NCBI RefSeq assembly: GCF_009914755.1
Contig: NC_060940.1
Source: the human T2T-CHM13v2.0 reference genome, Homo sapiens
Length of the DNA: 64,000 nt
Direction: 5' to 3' (one strand)
How positions within the stretch are numbered: the first letter of the stretch is position 1; each line of letters begins with the position of its first letter. A program made the position numbers and the translations under genes. This document shows, piece by piece, positions 15,480 to 29,194 of this stretch. The notes under the pieces are model-generated. The model did no database searches, was not told the DNA's origin, and worked only from the letters and a program-made list of their open reading frames with translations.

Positions 15480-16460
15480 TCTGTGACAATTGTTATGGAA
15501 AATTTCAAACATATACACAAGGAAAATAGCATAATGAACCTGATTTACCTATTACTGAAACAACAATCATCAATACACAGCTAATCTTGTTCTTCTCTAC
15601 CACCACCCACTCTCCAATCTCTAGATTTTGTTGCAAATGTTGGAACATCACTTAATCTGCAAATATTTCATCATGTATCACTAAAATATAACCTCCCTGA
15701 AAAATAACCACATCCCATTTTTACACATAAAAATTGACAAAAATTCATAATATCAAATATCTTCTTTGGGCAAAAAAAATCCTCCTCCATCCCTTCTATT
15801 TTTATTTTTTAATAAACTAGATCATTTGTCATGTAGAATTTTTTATAGTCTGGATTTTGCTGATTATATCCAATTAGGATGTTTAAACCTGTTCCTGTCT
15901 CCTGCATTTCTTATAAATTTATATGTAGGTTTAGAGGTTTGTTGATATCAGGTTCAATGATTTTGGAGCCACCAAAATCACACTGATTGATCCACTCAAT
16001 CACACTTCTTAGATGGCATTATGTACTTATATCAAAGGCATACAGGGTCTGATTCTCTATTGTTTTGTGATAATCAGCCTTTTATGATCATTACCTAATT
16101 CACTAATTAATCAGAATTTTAAAATTACAATAGTTTTATTCAATGATTCCTTCTCCATTCAGTGGAATACTTCTAAACGAAAATTCCCTTCACACCTATT
16201 TGCTTACCCTGAGGTAAACCTCAGTACCCTATACCTACTTACCTCCACCTTACCTCTTTTTAGTTAACAATATATTCTAGAGATAATTACGTGGGACCAT
16301 ATACAGATATTTCTCATTACTTTTTTATAGTAGCATAGGACTCCTTGGGTGGATTTATATGGATAATTCAATCAGTTCTCACCAATGGAAATCTGGGTTG
16401 TTTGCATCCAATCTTTTAATACTGCAAATAATGCTGTCATGAATGGCTTTGGACATAGCT
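15480..16460 (-). mobile_element. Old L1M (MC/ME-like) fragments
   Basis: atggaaaatttcaaacatatacacaagg...tctggattttgctgatt...ctgggttgtttg resembles antisense L1M 3' regions. Confidence 0.6.
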
Positions 16461-18404
16461 GTTTTTTTGCTTTTGTTTGTCATAGTCAATTTTTATAGCC
16501 TGTGGCTTTCAGAGCCTTGTTGAAGACTGGAGAAGAGTGTAGGGGATAAATTCAGTTATGTGTGTCTTAATGGTAAAGAGTATTCTGACATACATTGAGT
16601 TTATAGTTTCACCTCCAACTCTTCCAAGATCTGTAAACTCCACTGATATATCTGTTCATCCATTTGCCCCTTTGCTGAGACTGAAAGAACACAGATTGTG
16701 CGAAGGAAAAGCGAGTCATGTAGCAATTCAGAGAATCCCCTATAACTCCATCTCCTCTCTCTCTGGCTCTGTGCATCTCTGTTCAACACAGGATACAGGC
16801 TTTTCTTCTCCATTTAGTAGAGTCCACAAAACCAAGCAAATTTCCAAGGCTATTATTAAAAGCATGTAGCAGATGAGGAAGTCAAAGCATGTCATGGATC
16901 ATTGAGGGTCATTCCATCAAATAGCAATAGGCACATATGCAGATATTTATGAAAGTTTTATGACAAATCATTCACGAATGCCTTGGACCTCCTCTGCAGG
17001 ATTTTTCAGTGGTGAGAAAACCATGGGACCTTAGGATTAGAGGAAACGGAGATGTAGCAGTTCAGTTGAGCCCCTTATTTGTTCTCAAACACATGGATCT
17101 ACTGTATAAATATCTAGTGTGAAGTGCATTTCCTACGAGAAATCAAAATAAAGGTCCTGCTCTTCACTGAAGATTGGGTCCCTGTGCCCAAGGCTATCCC
17201 TTGATGTGTTTCTACCTATATCAATAGCAATCTTGTCTTCAAGGTTTATCCCAGTCTTTAAAGGCCCAGCTACTTAATAGTCAATATAAGTTTATTGACA
17301 GGGACACCCAACATAGCCACCAACACTGTCATGTACATCAAGCTCTGCTGTATCAGCCCTAGGCTGGTAGCCAAGAAGAAGAATGAGAAGTATGTCTCTG
17401 CAAGCTTAGATGACTCTCCCAACAGGAGGCTGAGTCAAAGGTTCAAGGGGATCCAGCATTGGTGAAGGAATCTGATATGTGTGAGTTTACATCTGTTAAA
17501 GCATGTTACAAAATAGAATTAATCAGCAGTACAAGAAACTCTTGATAACAAACATCTCTCTGAGCATATGCTGTTTCATGATACTGTTTAACACTGCTGA
17601 CAATACTAATAGCTGCCAATTATGGACTCCACGTTTGATAGGAGTGATAGTTGTTTAAAATGACATCTATTCAAACAATTCCGCAAGGATCTTTATATTT
17701 CTTCCATTCTGTGGATGAGAGAGATTTTTAAAACTTGCTAGAATTTAAACTCAGAAATTAAGCTGAGTTCTCTCTGACTTCAAAATCCCTTCTTTCCACC
17801 ATTCTATGACCACGTAGCAGCTTTTACTATGGAGTTGAATTGTACACAGCAGCCCCAAATCCCCACACATTGATATTTAAGCAATTAGGTGTGTAACCCT
17901 AAACTAGGTGAGAGACTTCCATTAAACATGGCTGTATCTCCTCAGTAGGCTGTCAGGGGATAATCAAAAAAAGCAATAAAGTGTCCTGCAATACACTCCT
18001 CCCAGCATTTTTATGCAAAAGGATTGCTGTTAATTAGATACTTTGCCCACGTTTTGATTTTTAATTTTCTCTTCTAATAACATAATGTGCCATTTAGAGC
18101 AAGGTTCAAATCAATATGACATCTCAGAACCTGTTAAATGTTTTGGCAACTAAACTTCATTGTTGTCAAAGTACTTGGCTTTTAATAAACATGTTTTCAC
18201 TTTGAGTCAGGGAGCAACAAGGAAGTGGGTTCCCTCACCCACACTTTTCCTATCTTTCTTAATGATGCTTAGCAACTGTAGGTTCTAACTCACTTCCATA
18301 TATCTTTCTTTCTTTTTTTTTTCTTTCTTAGTTTTTGTTTTTTTATTTGTTGTGTGTATATATCTTTCTTTCAACCAAACATGACCCTGTTCTGTTTACC
18401 ACAC

Positions 18405-18705
18405 TTATTTATTTATTTATTTTTGAGATGGAGTCTTGCTCTGTTGCCCAGGCTGGAGGGCTGTGGCATGATCTTGGCTCACTGCAACCTCCGCCCCCTG
18501 GGTTCAAGTGATTCCCCTGCCTCAGCCTGCCGAGGAGCTGGGATTACAGGCACATGCCACCACATCCGGCTAATTTTTGTATTTTTAGTAGAGACGGGGT
18601 TTCACCATGTTGGCCAGGCTGGTCTTGACCTCCTAGCCTCAGGTGATCTACCTACCTCAGCCTCCCAAAGTGCTGGGATTATAGGCGTGCGCCACCGTGC
18701 CTGGC
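18405..18705 (-). mobile_element. Alu (AluSx-like)
   Basis: Alu consensus with (TTTA)n tail. Confidence 0.95.
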
Positions 18706-20406
18706 TTATTTCTCACTTTTAAATCTCTCCTTGCACAATACAAAATCAACACAGAAAAGTCCTCTCTGACACATGGTTTTATTCCACATGACTTTTTTGT
18801 TGTTGTTTACTTGGTACATGGCACTTATCCACATCATGGTTATAAATAAGCGTGAAAATAATTTCAGTTCCTATATGGGTCTTCATCACCTGCTATTTTT
18901 CCTTGAGTTTGGCTTTCCCTAATTCTTTTTCCTCACCCGATAGTCTTCTCAAGGTTCCTTTTGAAGATATCTTACATAAAACAAACTTTCTCTTTTTTTT
19001 TTTGTACTTCTAAATATTTAAAAACAAACCTGCATATAACAGAAGTTAGTTAGGAAGCAAAGTTAGTAGCAACTACTTTTACTGTGGCTTTTATCTTTAG
19101 AAGTTTTAAATTTATAATTTATTGGGATGCACCACTGAAATGGAAGGGTGAATTGAGTATTTGTACTTCAAGCATAAATTCAGCTTTCATCAGATGTCAG
19201 CCCCTAGTCTGGTATCAGCCAGTGTAAACTAAACGACCTTGAGAAAACAATTTCCCCCACTTGGGCTTCAATTGGTGCATGTTTTAAATGGGATTTGGGT
19301 TGTAATAGAGCCACGATTTTTGTCTGATTCTCCCCTGCAGAGACCCTTATGTTCTCCAACATCGGAGAGAATCTGCATTTATAGTGAATAGGGCACTGGT
19401 CAGCCACAATTTCAGAGCCCTGTACTTGCCAATCTCAAAGTTCCCTTCCAGTCGACAAATCTGTGAGCACACTGTTTTGTAAGGAGAAAGGAGCCATGCA
19501 AGATCCTAGCACACTACCCAAGACAACCAATAAAATGAAGAGGAGTAACTCAGTCACAAAATGTGATGGGTTCCACCTTGACTTAACTCTCTAAGGAAGA
19601 CAGCATCGTCAGCTACAGGATTATTTGCATACCATGGACAGAGTCTCCCCTGCTCCCCCGACCCACTAAATATCAGAGACCCTTCTTCAGCAGACATGTT
19701 GTATCAGAGTTGTTACAAGTGTAGTGACAATAGCTAAAGTTTATTCAACATCTGCAATATCCATTGGAAAATCACTCAATATCTCTGTGTTCATTTATTT
19801 TACATACCAACTAGGGCAAATGACAATACTTACTATAATTATCCATATTATATTAAAACATTTCACATGAGAAACATGGAAAACTAAGAGCAATCTCACT
19901 CCAAATCCTGTACTCTTTTTCCTCCACTGAAGGGCAGATACATGCAGAAACATGGTGTCTTTTTCCATCCCCCTCTATTCCCTATCGCAGTAGCTCTGAG
20001 TTGCAGAAGGATGAGGTTTTATGGCTGGGTTTACCCTCCGATGTGACAACATCTGAGTGGGCAGGGAGATCCATGGGTGCCATAAGGTTTCCAGATCTCA
20101 GAGACCCCCTACTCTTATTTAATCCGATAATCTGATTTATTCATCAGTAGGTTAAGACATTTCACAACCAATGGATAGTAAAATGCTTTATTCTATTCTG
20201 CTGAAGACCCGAAATATCTCCGTGCCCCCATCTCTACAAAAACTACTGGCACAACTTAGAGACACATCCAGAGGCTATCTGGTCTTCCCACCAGCCTCTT
20301 TTCCACTCACAAAAATCGCAGGGAGTTCTCACATATATCAAACCTGAGAGTGGGTCATTGATTTCTATATGTAAAGAAATTCAGTAAAAGAGAATTTTAG
20401 GATCAT

Positions 20407-20630
20407 TCTAATATAACCTATTTTACAACCTATAAAGTCGACCAAAGCTTCAATCTCTCTTTTTTCATAAATCAATTGTTTTCTTATCAGGAAGAAATAA
20501 AAGTGTCACCCTCCTTTAATTCCTCAAGCATTGACTGAGTACTTGTCATGTGTATATGATGACACAGTGATACTGACACTCCTGACTTCAAAGCAGGCAC
20601 CTTCCAACAGAGAAGACCAAAAAGTAATCA
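20407..20630 (+). repeat. Copy 1 of an old ~220-bp local duplication (partner 22568-22780)
   Basis: Shared blocks ttttttcataaatcaatt, ggaagaaataaaagtgtcacc, actgagtacttgt and agagaagaccaaaaag. Confidence 0.9.
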
Positions 20631-20879
20631 AACCATCAACATCGCATCCAAAAAAAGATCACAGCAAACGTTTGTTGCATATCTGTTTTTCACTCATCTG
20701 AGAGCCATTTTGTACATAACAAGATGTTAAATATAGCTTTGTCTTATTCTTAGGTGAAGATTTGAGACAATAGGTGCCATCATGCCCATATTCCTAGTTG
20801 AGGCTTTTGACCTAGTGATATATAGGGCAACAGGAGAATATGTACTCTATCCTGGCACACAGGAAACAGGTATAATATA

Positions 20880-21330
20880 AGTAATTAGGCACTGGCTATG
20901 AAGCAAGCATTACTAACTTTCAAATAATGGGTGTTGTACAGACCACATTTTTCAAACCACAATGTAATTAAATTGCAAATCTGTTGCTAAACTTGGTTAA
21001 AATAAATACAGATTAAGAAATTTCAAAAATTACTTCTAAACTTGTATATGTATGCATGTGTGTATATGTATATATAAATAAAATAAGTGTACTCTGCATC
21101 AACAGAGTAAGCCCAAAGAAGATATACAAAGAAGAGATAAAGATAAAAGCAGAAATTAAAGAAATAGAAATTAAAATTGCAGTAGAGAGGATCACAAAGG
21201 GAAAAACAGATTTTTTTTAAGAAAGACTAATAAAATTGACAAAACTCATGCAAAGCTGGTTAAGAAGGAAGAAAAAAGCACGTTACAAGTACATAATACT
21301 AGAAATAAAAAGAAAAGTGACATCACTACA
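20880..21330 (+). mobile_element. Old L1M ORF2 fragments
   Basis: gaccacatttttcaaaccacaatgtaattaaattgcaaatc...gactaataaaattgacaaa...gacatcactacagatgc. Confidence 0.7.
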
Positions 21331-21992
21331 GATGCAAGAGGTGTTTACTATACTACTATTTGGAGAGATTGTGATCACTCCTAGAAGGGGAAACTGTGGG
21401 AGTCTGGAGGCAGAGGGAGAATTTCTCTTTGCTGTAAACCTTTTTGTACTCTCAAATATGTACATTTTCTATTAAAAAATAGAGTTAACAAAAAATAATA
21501 TCCTTTTTATACTGTTAAGTGCGTACGTTCTCTATTACAAAGTAGAGTTAAAACAAAAGATTTGCCTAAGTGCAGATTTTGTGAACAACGTTTGCGCAGT
21601 GATTTTCCCTTTACAAGAACGTGAAGGTGGAATGTTTAGACTGATCCTCAAGAGGACCCTGCCAGATAGGTCTGGTTATTCCATTTTATAAGTGATGAAA
21701 TTAAGTTTCAGAGAAAACAATACACATGGTTAAAAGTAGAGGATGAAGTATTTTTTTATACATTGAATTAGAAAAATTTAAATTGCATGATAAAGTTAAA
21801 AAGAATTTCACAGTGAATTTTATGTGTGTATCACCTAGATTCTATAATAAATATTTTCTCACAATTGCTTTATCCCAGCACTAGAGGATGAAAGACATAT
21901 TAGGAGCAATAAATTCCGTATTCTTTCTACCACACCCAAAAAAAAAGATTTACTATTAGTAAGGCTTTTGTGCACGTCATCAAATCAGATAG

Positions 21993-22457
<465 letters not shown>

Positions 22458-22567
22458 TGTCAGCATCTTTAAAATAATGTGACTAATGTAAACATGACCA
22501 CAGTCTTTTCACCGTTTCTGTTTTCCATGTTGGTCATTATACATGATACTTCCATTGCTCCTTCCTC

Positions 22568-22793
22568 TCTAATATAACCTATAAGGTCAACTGAAGCTTC
22601 AGTCACTATTTTTTCATAAATCAATTTTTTTCTTAAAGGGAAGAAATAAAAGTGTCACCATCTTTTAATTCCTTAAGCATTAACTGAGTACTTGTTAAGT
22701 GTGTAAGATGATACAGTGATACAGATACATCTAGCCTCAAAGCAGTCACCTTCCTATAGAGAAGACCAAAAAGGAATTCAAAAATTACTTCTA
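22568..22793 (+). repeat. Copy 2 of the old local duplication
   Basis: Aligns to 20407-20630, then ttcaaaaattacttcta matches 21021-21037. Confidence 0.88.
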
Positions 22794-23092
<299 letters not shown>

Positions 23093-23101
23093 TTCTAAAT
23101 C

Positions 23102-23134
<33 letters not shown>

Positions 23135-23869
23135 AAAATAACTGCACTCCAGTATGTATGTATGTGCATGTGGTTATATTAGACCAAGGGTAGGCTCTTG
23201 GTCTACCCGTCACATGTCCAGCCAGCTTCATCCTTTCCTCTTACTCCCATTTATTTACTCTCATTTATTCTACGTCTCTTTTTTTCAGGAATGAGGAAAA
23301 TTCCCTCTGCTCATAGCATTCTGAAAACCCAGGTTGAATCAAACCAGAAAGACTGGCAACATTTAAATGCCCTTTGTGGCTACCATTTAATCTCACTGGG
23401 GATTCAGCCATGGTTATATTCTTATGAAATTATTTCTGTTACTTCTTGAAACAAATGCACTCTTTTGGCCCTGGCCTAAGCAATGCCTTTGTTTCTTCTA
23501 TTGTTTTAATTGTCCATATTTTCTAAACTTGTATGCAATAATTTTTCCCAAGTTTCTCTCATAGGTAATGTTTTATTAACATCCATTTTATTCCTTAACC
23601 ATTTATTGAATGTCTACTAGTGTAAGCATTAAGATTTTAGCTTTGAACTAAAACACACATACACACACACACACGGTTACTGCCTTTAAGACTAATTGCC
23701 ATCCACTAACATAGGTGTTATTTGCATATTTTAGATGAGAAAAATGGAGTTCAGAGAAGTCAAAAACTAATCCAAGATGATCCTACCAGCAGTACTTTCA
23801 GTTGAGTTTGAGCTCAGAACAGACTACCTCTAAACCTGGAGATTTCTCAATGATACACAACCACTTTTT

Positions 23870-24156
23870 ACAGTGCCCTGAAACTTAATGGCAAGACTCA
23901 AGTCCAGCCAAACATCATTTGGAGAAGGACAAACAGAGCCACAGCTGTTTTTCTTTTTGTTTTTGTTTTTGTTTTGTTTTTTTATGGCCCTTGAGCTAAG
24001 AATGCTTTGTTTTTTATGTGTTTAAGGGGTTGTAAAATAACAGCAAGAATAACAACAAAAACCACAGAAAATAATATGTAACAAACATGTAATTGATCCT
24101 GCACGCAAAAAATCTTTGCTATCTGGCCCTTTACAGGAAAAGCTTTCGGACCCCTG
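23870..24156 (+). mobile_element. MER58-like hAT-Charlie element
   Basis: ttttatggcccttgagctaagaatg...ctatctggccctttacaggaaaagctttcggacccctg. Confidence 0.72.
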
Positions 24157-26351
24157 ACTTGGTGTTACCCGAAGCAACCCACTCTTCTGTCGTTTTTTTT
24201 TTTTTTTGTCGTTGTTATTTGCCTATTAGGGGATTTTTGTGTATTTTGTTTTTATAACACAGCTTATCGGCTTCATAAATAACCAGTGCCATCAATTATT
24301 CCACCCACTGTTTCATGAGTACATAAAGGCCCTCTCACAGCTTTCCTTGGGAAGGTGGCTTCACATATTCTAATAATTCCTGACGAGCAGACAGGCTGAT
24401 CAGAGGTAAAGTGGATGAAAAAGGGAAGCCATGCTGTTTGTTTAAAGCGCCATCGCCTGCTAATGGAATTTCTCTTTCTCCAGTTATTGAAATCTGTGTG
24501 GGAGAGGGGTGGTTTGATGGAATCAGCACTTTCAGAGACATCGACAGCAACTAAATTGAAAAAATGCACCGAACCTCGGGTTTCAGCAGGCTATCGACTT
24601 AATATAGATTGAGTCGGGAAGAAAAATATTGCGCAGTGTGCAGTTTGCATGTCCCATCATCTCATTAAAGGCTTTGGTATGGATGACACAGTGGGCCTGT
24701 TTCTCCCCAGCTCCCAGCTGAGGGAAGCGCTCATGCAAGGAGTAATAATAGACCATTTCATGGCACTTTGAGGGAACTGCCATAATTCAGCAAGAAAAGC
24801 TGCTTTGATTATTATTTACAGAAATAAAGCCAGCCCATGCCTCTAAGAGAAGTACTTTACCTCCCCATCGCTTGCCACTCCCATCTCTGTCTTCTTAGGA
24901 ATGACCCGCGCAGGAAAAGGGAAACAAACAGCAGCTTCGCAGCCTCCCTGGGCCTGCCAGACACCCGATTATTTAATTACGGTTTTCTAGCTTCAGCACT
25001 TCGCCCTTACCTGCGAATGTAAGTGAAATGTGTCAGAAATAAAGAAATAAATTACAAGCTAAATCAATAGGAAAGAACCGTGCAAATTGGCATCACAGTG
25101 GATATCTGTTTATCCCAAGGCTTTCAAAGTCATTTAGACCTTCAGGGGGGCGGGGGGGTGGGGTGGCTGGAAGATAAAAACGAGGTAAGTTGGAGAGGTA
25201 GCAGAAACACAAGGGAGATGTCTGTCTGCAGACAGGCCCAACCCAAAGCTGTCTCGGCTTCGTACAGAGCCCCCGAGGTTAGCCTTCATGCTACTCTCCA
25301 GCGGAAGCGCAGAGACGCGGTTTCCAAAATTTAAAAGTAATTTTTCACCTTGAGAGAGAGGTTTCCTTCTGTTTAACGCTTACTCAGGCAAGACAACAAA
25401 TCTCAAAAGCAAACAAATTGAAGGCACTTCTGCCAAAACTCCACTCAGACAGAAAGATCCAAGAGAAAGACCATGCCTGCTTGGCTCGAACCTGAAGGAG
25501 GGCTGGGGTGAAGTTTTGAGAGCCAAGTGTCTTGCTAAGCTTATCACAGACCTGAACAGCAGCCCCCTCTAATGTCCATAATGAATTATTATTATCATTA
25601 TAGCTTAAACAGACTTGAAATGCTAAGCGCATGCACATGTATGCACCAGAGTGTTTCCAATACCTTTAAATTCTACTTATGAGACACGAGAGATTTGGGA
25701 TGCAGACCTCGTATCTCCCCCCAAAAAAGATAGTGAATTGTTTGGGAAATATTTATCTCTAAGATAAAACAGGGAAGAAAAAAAAACCAACTCAATCTAG
25801 CTGGAAGCAATAATGACGACATCAACTGGGAGACTGACTGGAATTCCAGACACGTCGCTGAATTCAGGGAATTCAGGGATTCAGTTTTATCAGTTTCTTT
25901 TCTCCTGTTTCCTTCCTTCTTTTCCCATCTTCTCTAGTCCTTTCCTGTCCTCTACCCAGGTGAGTGTCTCTCTCTGTCCTGTCTTTCCTTTCTTGTGCTT
26001 TAGAAGGGCTTCTACAAAGAGCTGAAGAGAGGTCCTGGCTTATAGTATCAGAGCTTTGGGGTGCCAAGAAGAGAAAAAGCTTCTTTCTCCTAAAAGCATC
26101 AGATATGTTCCCAGGGAGGTTTGGTGAGGGTGAACCCTGCTTGGGTAAATGTGCTCTCTTTTGAGCATGGGTTATGGGGCTAAGAATGAATACTATAAAA
26201 GAGAAGAAGAAGAATATAACTGTGATGATTAAATGAGATAATAAGCTGTGAAACACTCAACACAAAATTATACCTGTGCAGAAACAACCCAGGTCTCATA
26301 CACATTACATACATTTTGGGCCTACTAGACCTCTTTTTCCCACTCATTAAA

Positions 26352-26877
26352 CAGGGGTCCCCAACCCTTGGGCCATGGACCGGCCCTGGTCTGTGGCCTG
26401 TTAGAAACCCAGCTGCACAGCAGGAGGTGAGTGGTGGGTGAGTGAGTGAAGGTTCCTCTGTATTTACAGCTGCTCCCCATCACTTATATTACCTCCTGAG
26501 CTCCGCCTCCTGTCAGACCAGTGGCAGCAGTAGATTCTCATAGGAGCATGAACCCTATTGTGAACTGTGCATGCAAAAGATCTAGGTTGCATGCTCCTTA
26601 TGAGAATCTAATGCCTGATGATCTGTCACTGTCTCCCATCACCCCCAGATGGGACTGTCTAGCTGCAGGAAAACAAGCTCAGGGCTCCCACTGATTCTAT
26701 ATGATGGTGAGTTATATAATAACTGCATTACATATTACAATGTAATAATAATACAAATAAAATACATAATAAATGTAATGCATTTAAACCATCCCCAAGC
26801 CATCCCCCAGCCTCCATGGGTGGAAAAACTGTCTTCCATGAAACTGGTCTCTGGTGCCAAAAAGGTTGGGACCACTG
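26352..26877 (+). mobile_element. MER1A (hAT-Charlie) DNA transposon
   Basis: caggggtccccaaccc...aaaaaggttgggaccactg termini, ~526 bp, typical tagattctcataggagc interior. Confidence 0.92.
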
Positions 26878-26881
26878 TGTT

Positions 26882-27066
26882 AGAGTGACCAACTGTGCTA
26901 GCTGGTCTAAGATGGAGACTTTTGAAGGGGCATGGACATGTAGTGATAACAAACAACCTTGGGCAAACCATCCCAGTTTGCCCAGGACTAGGGAGTATCT
27001 CCAGATTTGGGATGTTCATACTCAAATTGGGATAGTCCTGGGCAAACCTGGTTGATTGGTCACCTT
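26882..27066. mobile_element. hAT-Blackjack (MER94-like) relic
   Basis: agagtgaccaac...ccatcccagtttgcccaggact...agtcctgggcaaacctgg...ttggtcacctt inverted termini. Confidence 0.55.
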
Positions 27067-27619
27067 CCACTAATTTATGTCTCCTGGAATCCACCCCCCA
27101 ATCCCTTTGTTATGAATAATGCTATCACAAAGAAAATCTATCCTCTTCTCTTGACATGAGAATAATGGCAAAATTTTATTTAAGAAAGCCAAGCTCCAAA
27201 AGAGAACCTGTTTTATGAAATTATTAATCCCCCGGGGGACCTTTCACAGAACACCTGGGTGTGCTGTAATATACACACACCTTCATTTTGAAATGGTATA
27301 TCAATAATGCTGTCATCTATTTTCAGTTTTGACATTATACAGATCAATACCAAATTAAAATCACATGGTAGTCTTAATAGCTACATTCTTATGAACATAA
27401 TACATATTTTGAAAATCAGAAGAAACATTTATGAAAAAAATATTTTAGGTTTTTTTTAGACATTGTATGTTTAAGGGACTTAATATTCTCACTTAACTAA
27501 AGTCAAAATTAAAGGGTAAATGAAATTTAAAAATTTTTAAATGTTGTTTTAATTTAAGGACTATGACCTTCTAGAAATGTCATATAATGCTGTTATACAG
27601 TAAAGAAAAAATGGATATG

Positions 27620-27800
27620 GGGTAAAAGAGAAAGATAGAAAAGAGGAAAGAAAGAGAGTAAAGGGAAGAAGAAAGAGAAAGAAAAACTCAGGGAGAGCTA
27701 GAAGAGGGAAAGAAGAGAAACATTTTAAAGGAAAATAAAGGAGTAAAAAATTGAAAGAGAAAACAAATTGAGCAGAAAAAGAGAGGGAAAGAGAAAGAAT
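27620..27800. repeat. GA-rich polypurine tract
   Basis: About 180 bp of mostly A/G on the + strand. Confidence 0.85.
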
Positions 27801-27877
27801 CCCTTGGGTCCTCTTTTTAAACAAAACTCTAAGGAACATTTACTTGCATTAAGATAATATTTATTTGTTCCTTTTTA

Positions 27878-28055
27878 TGGGGGAAGGATGGGAGGCAGGT
27901 GAGGGATAAAAGACTACACATTGGGTACAGTGTACACTGCTCAGGTGACGGGAGCACCAAAATCTCAGAAATCCCCACTAAAAAACTTACCCATGAAACA
28001 AAAAACCACCTGTTCCCCCAAAACTACTGCAACAAAATAAAAAATAAAAATAAAA
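27878..28055 (+). mobile_element. L1PB 3' end
   Basis: gtgagggataaaagactacacattgggtacagtgtacactgctc...acctgttcccccaaaactac followed by an A-tail. Confidence 0.88.
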
Positions 28056-29194
28056 TAATATGCAAACAAAATAATATTTGTTAATTAGGTCAAATTCTCC
28101 TTTCAGAAGTTGTAATTTAAATTTCTTGATCACATCTTGGGGATGCCCTTATCCCTTCAAAGGAAAAATAATCTATTTGGAGGACGGATATAACAAGAAT
28201 TCTATTTAGAAAAAGATATTTTAAGGATTCAAGTTTTTAAGAAATTCACAAATAATGAAATATTGGGACCTATCTAAATGTATGAAAATAAGGTACACAT
28301 ATTCCGTATTTTACTCCATAGCTCTTCTAGAGCTTTTAACAACATTTGTGATATGGACCGTATTTCTTTCTTTCTGCAATGCTACTGGAATGCTTCGAGG
28401 TAGAGCAGTTGTATCATGGCCATGAGGAGGAAAGCCACAGTCTAAGGAAGCACAAGAGAAATGCAGAGGTAGCCTTACTCCTGATGACACTGGGGATATG
28501 TTATATTAGTCCAAGACTGCATAAACCTAAATATCTTGTCACATGGTAAAAATAAACTGTCTTCTACTTTTATGAACAGGAAAATATAACAAGGACTAGC
28601 TTTAACCTCCCTCTGTACTGGGAGCAACAAGAAAACTATAATATGATTGTGTGTGTGTATGTGTGTGTGCGTGTGCATGTGTGTGTGTATGTGGGTGAAC
28701 ATATCACAAGCATGTTCAGACGTCAAACAACAGGTTATAAAGATCTGGGATTTTTGACAGAAGTGGAAAATATGATTGAGTTCTAGCTTTCTCCAGGGAA
28801 GAAATATCTAGATCATGTGCATGAGAGAGAAAAACCAGAAATACCCCAGTAGAGCAGATGGAGATCATCAAATATCTGGGGAGGCTGATGAGCCTAGAGG
28901 TTGTAAAGAACATGTTTGGAAAGAAAGGAGCTATGCTGGAAAACAAAGTCACAAATCTTCATAGGGATCCCTTTGGGGGATCCCTCACCTATGCATAGGA
29001 GAAAACCCTCAAGATGAGCTGAAGAATTCCAGGCTAATTGTAAGCAAAACAATTTTCAGATATAATATAGGGTGGGAAGGTGCTTGAGCTGTGGTGGGAG
29101 AATACTGAGAGTCTTTGGGGATGATCTGAGGGCATTCAGTGGAGATTCTGAAATGATCATGACTTAGTAATAAAGCTGAAGTATCTCTGACATT

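Noticed and set aside
16209-16224. Hairpin ctgaggt-aa-acctcag
   Set aside because: 7-bp arms are expected by chance in 64 kb, and it lies in an old L1 fragment.
25900-25966. Possible micro-exon (pyrimidine tract...ctag, then cag|gtgagt)
   Set aside because: Isolated splice-like motifs in a CT-rich tract with no supporting ORF or partner exons.
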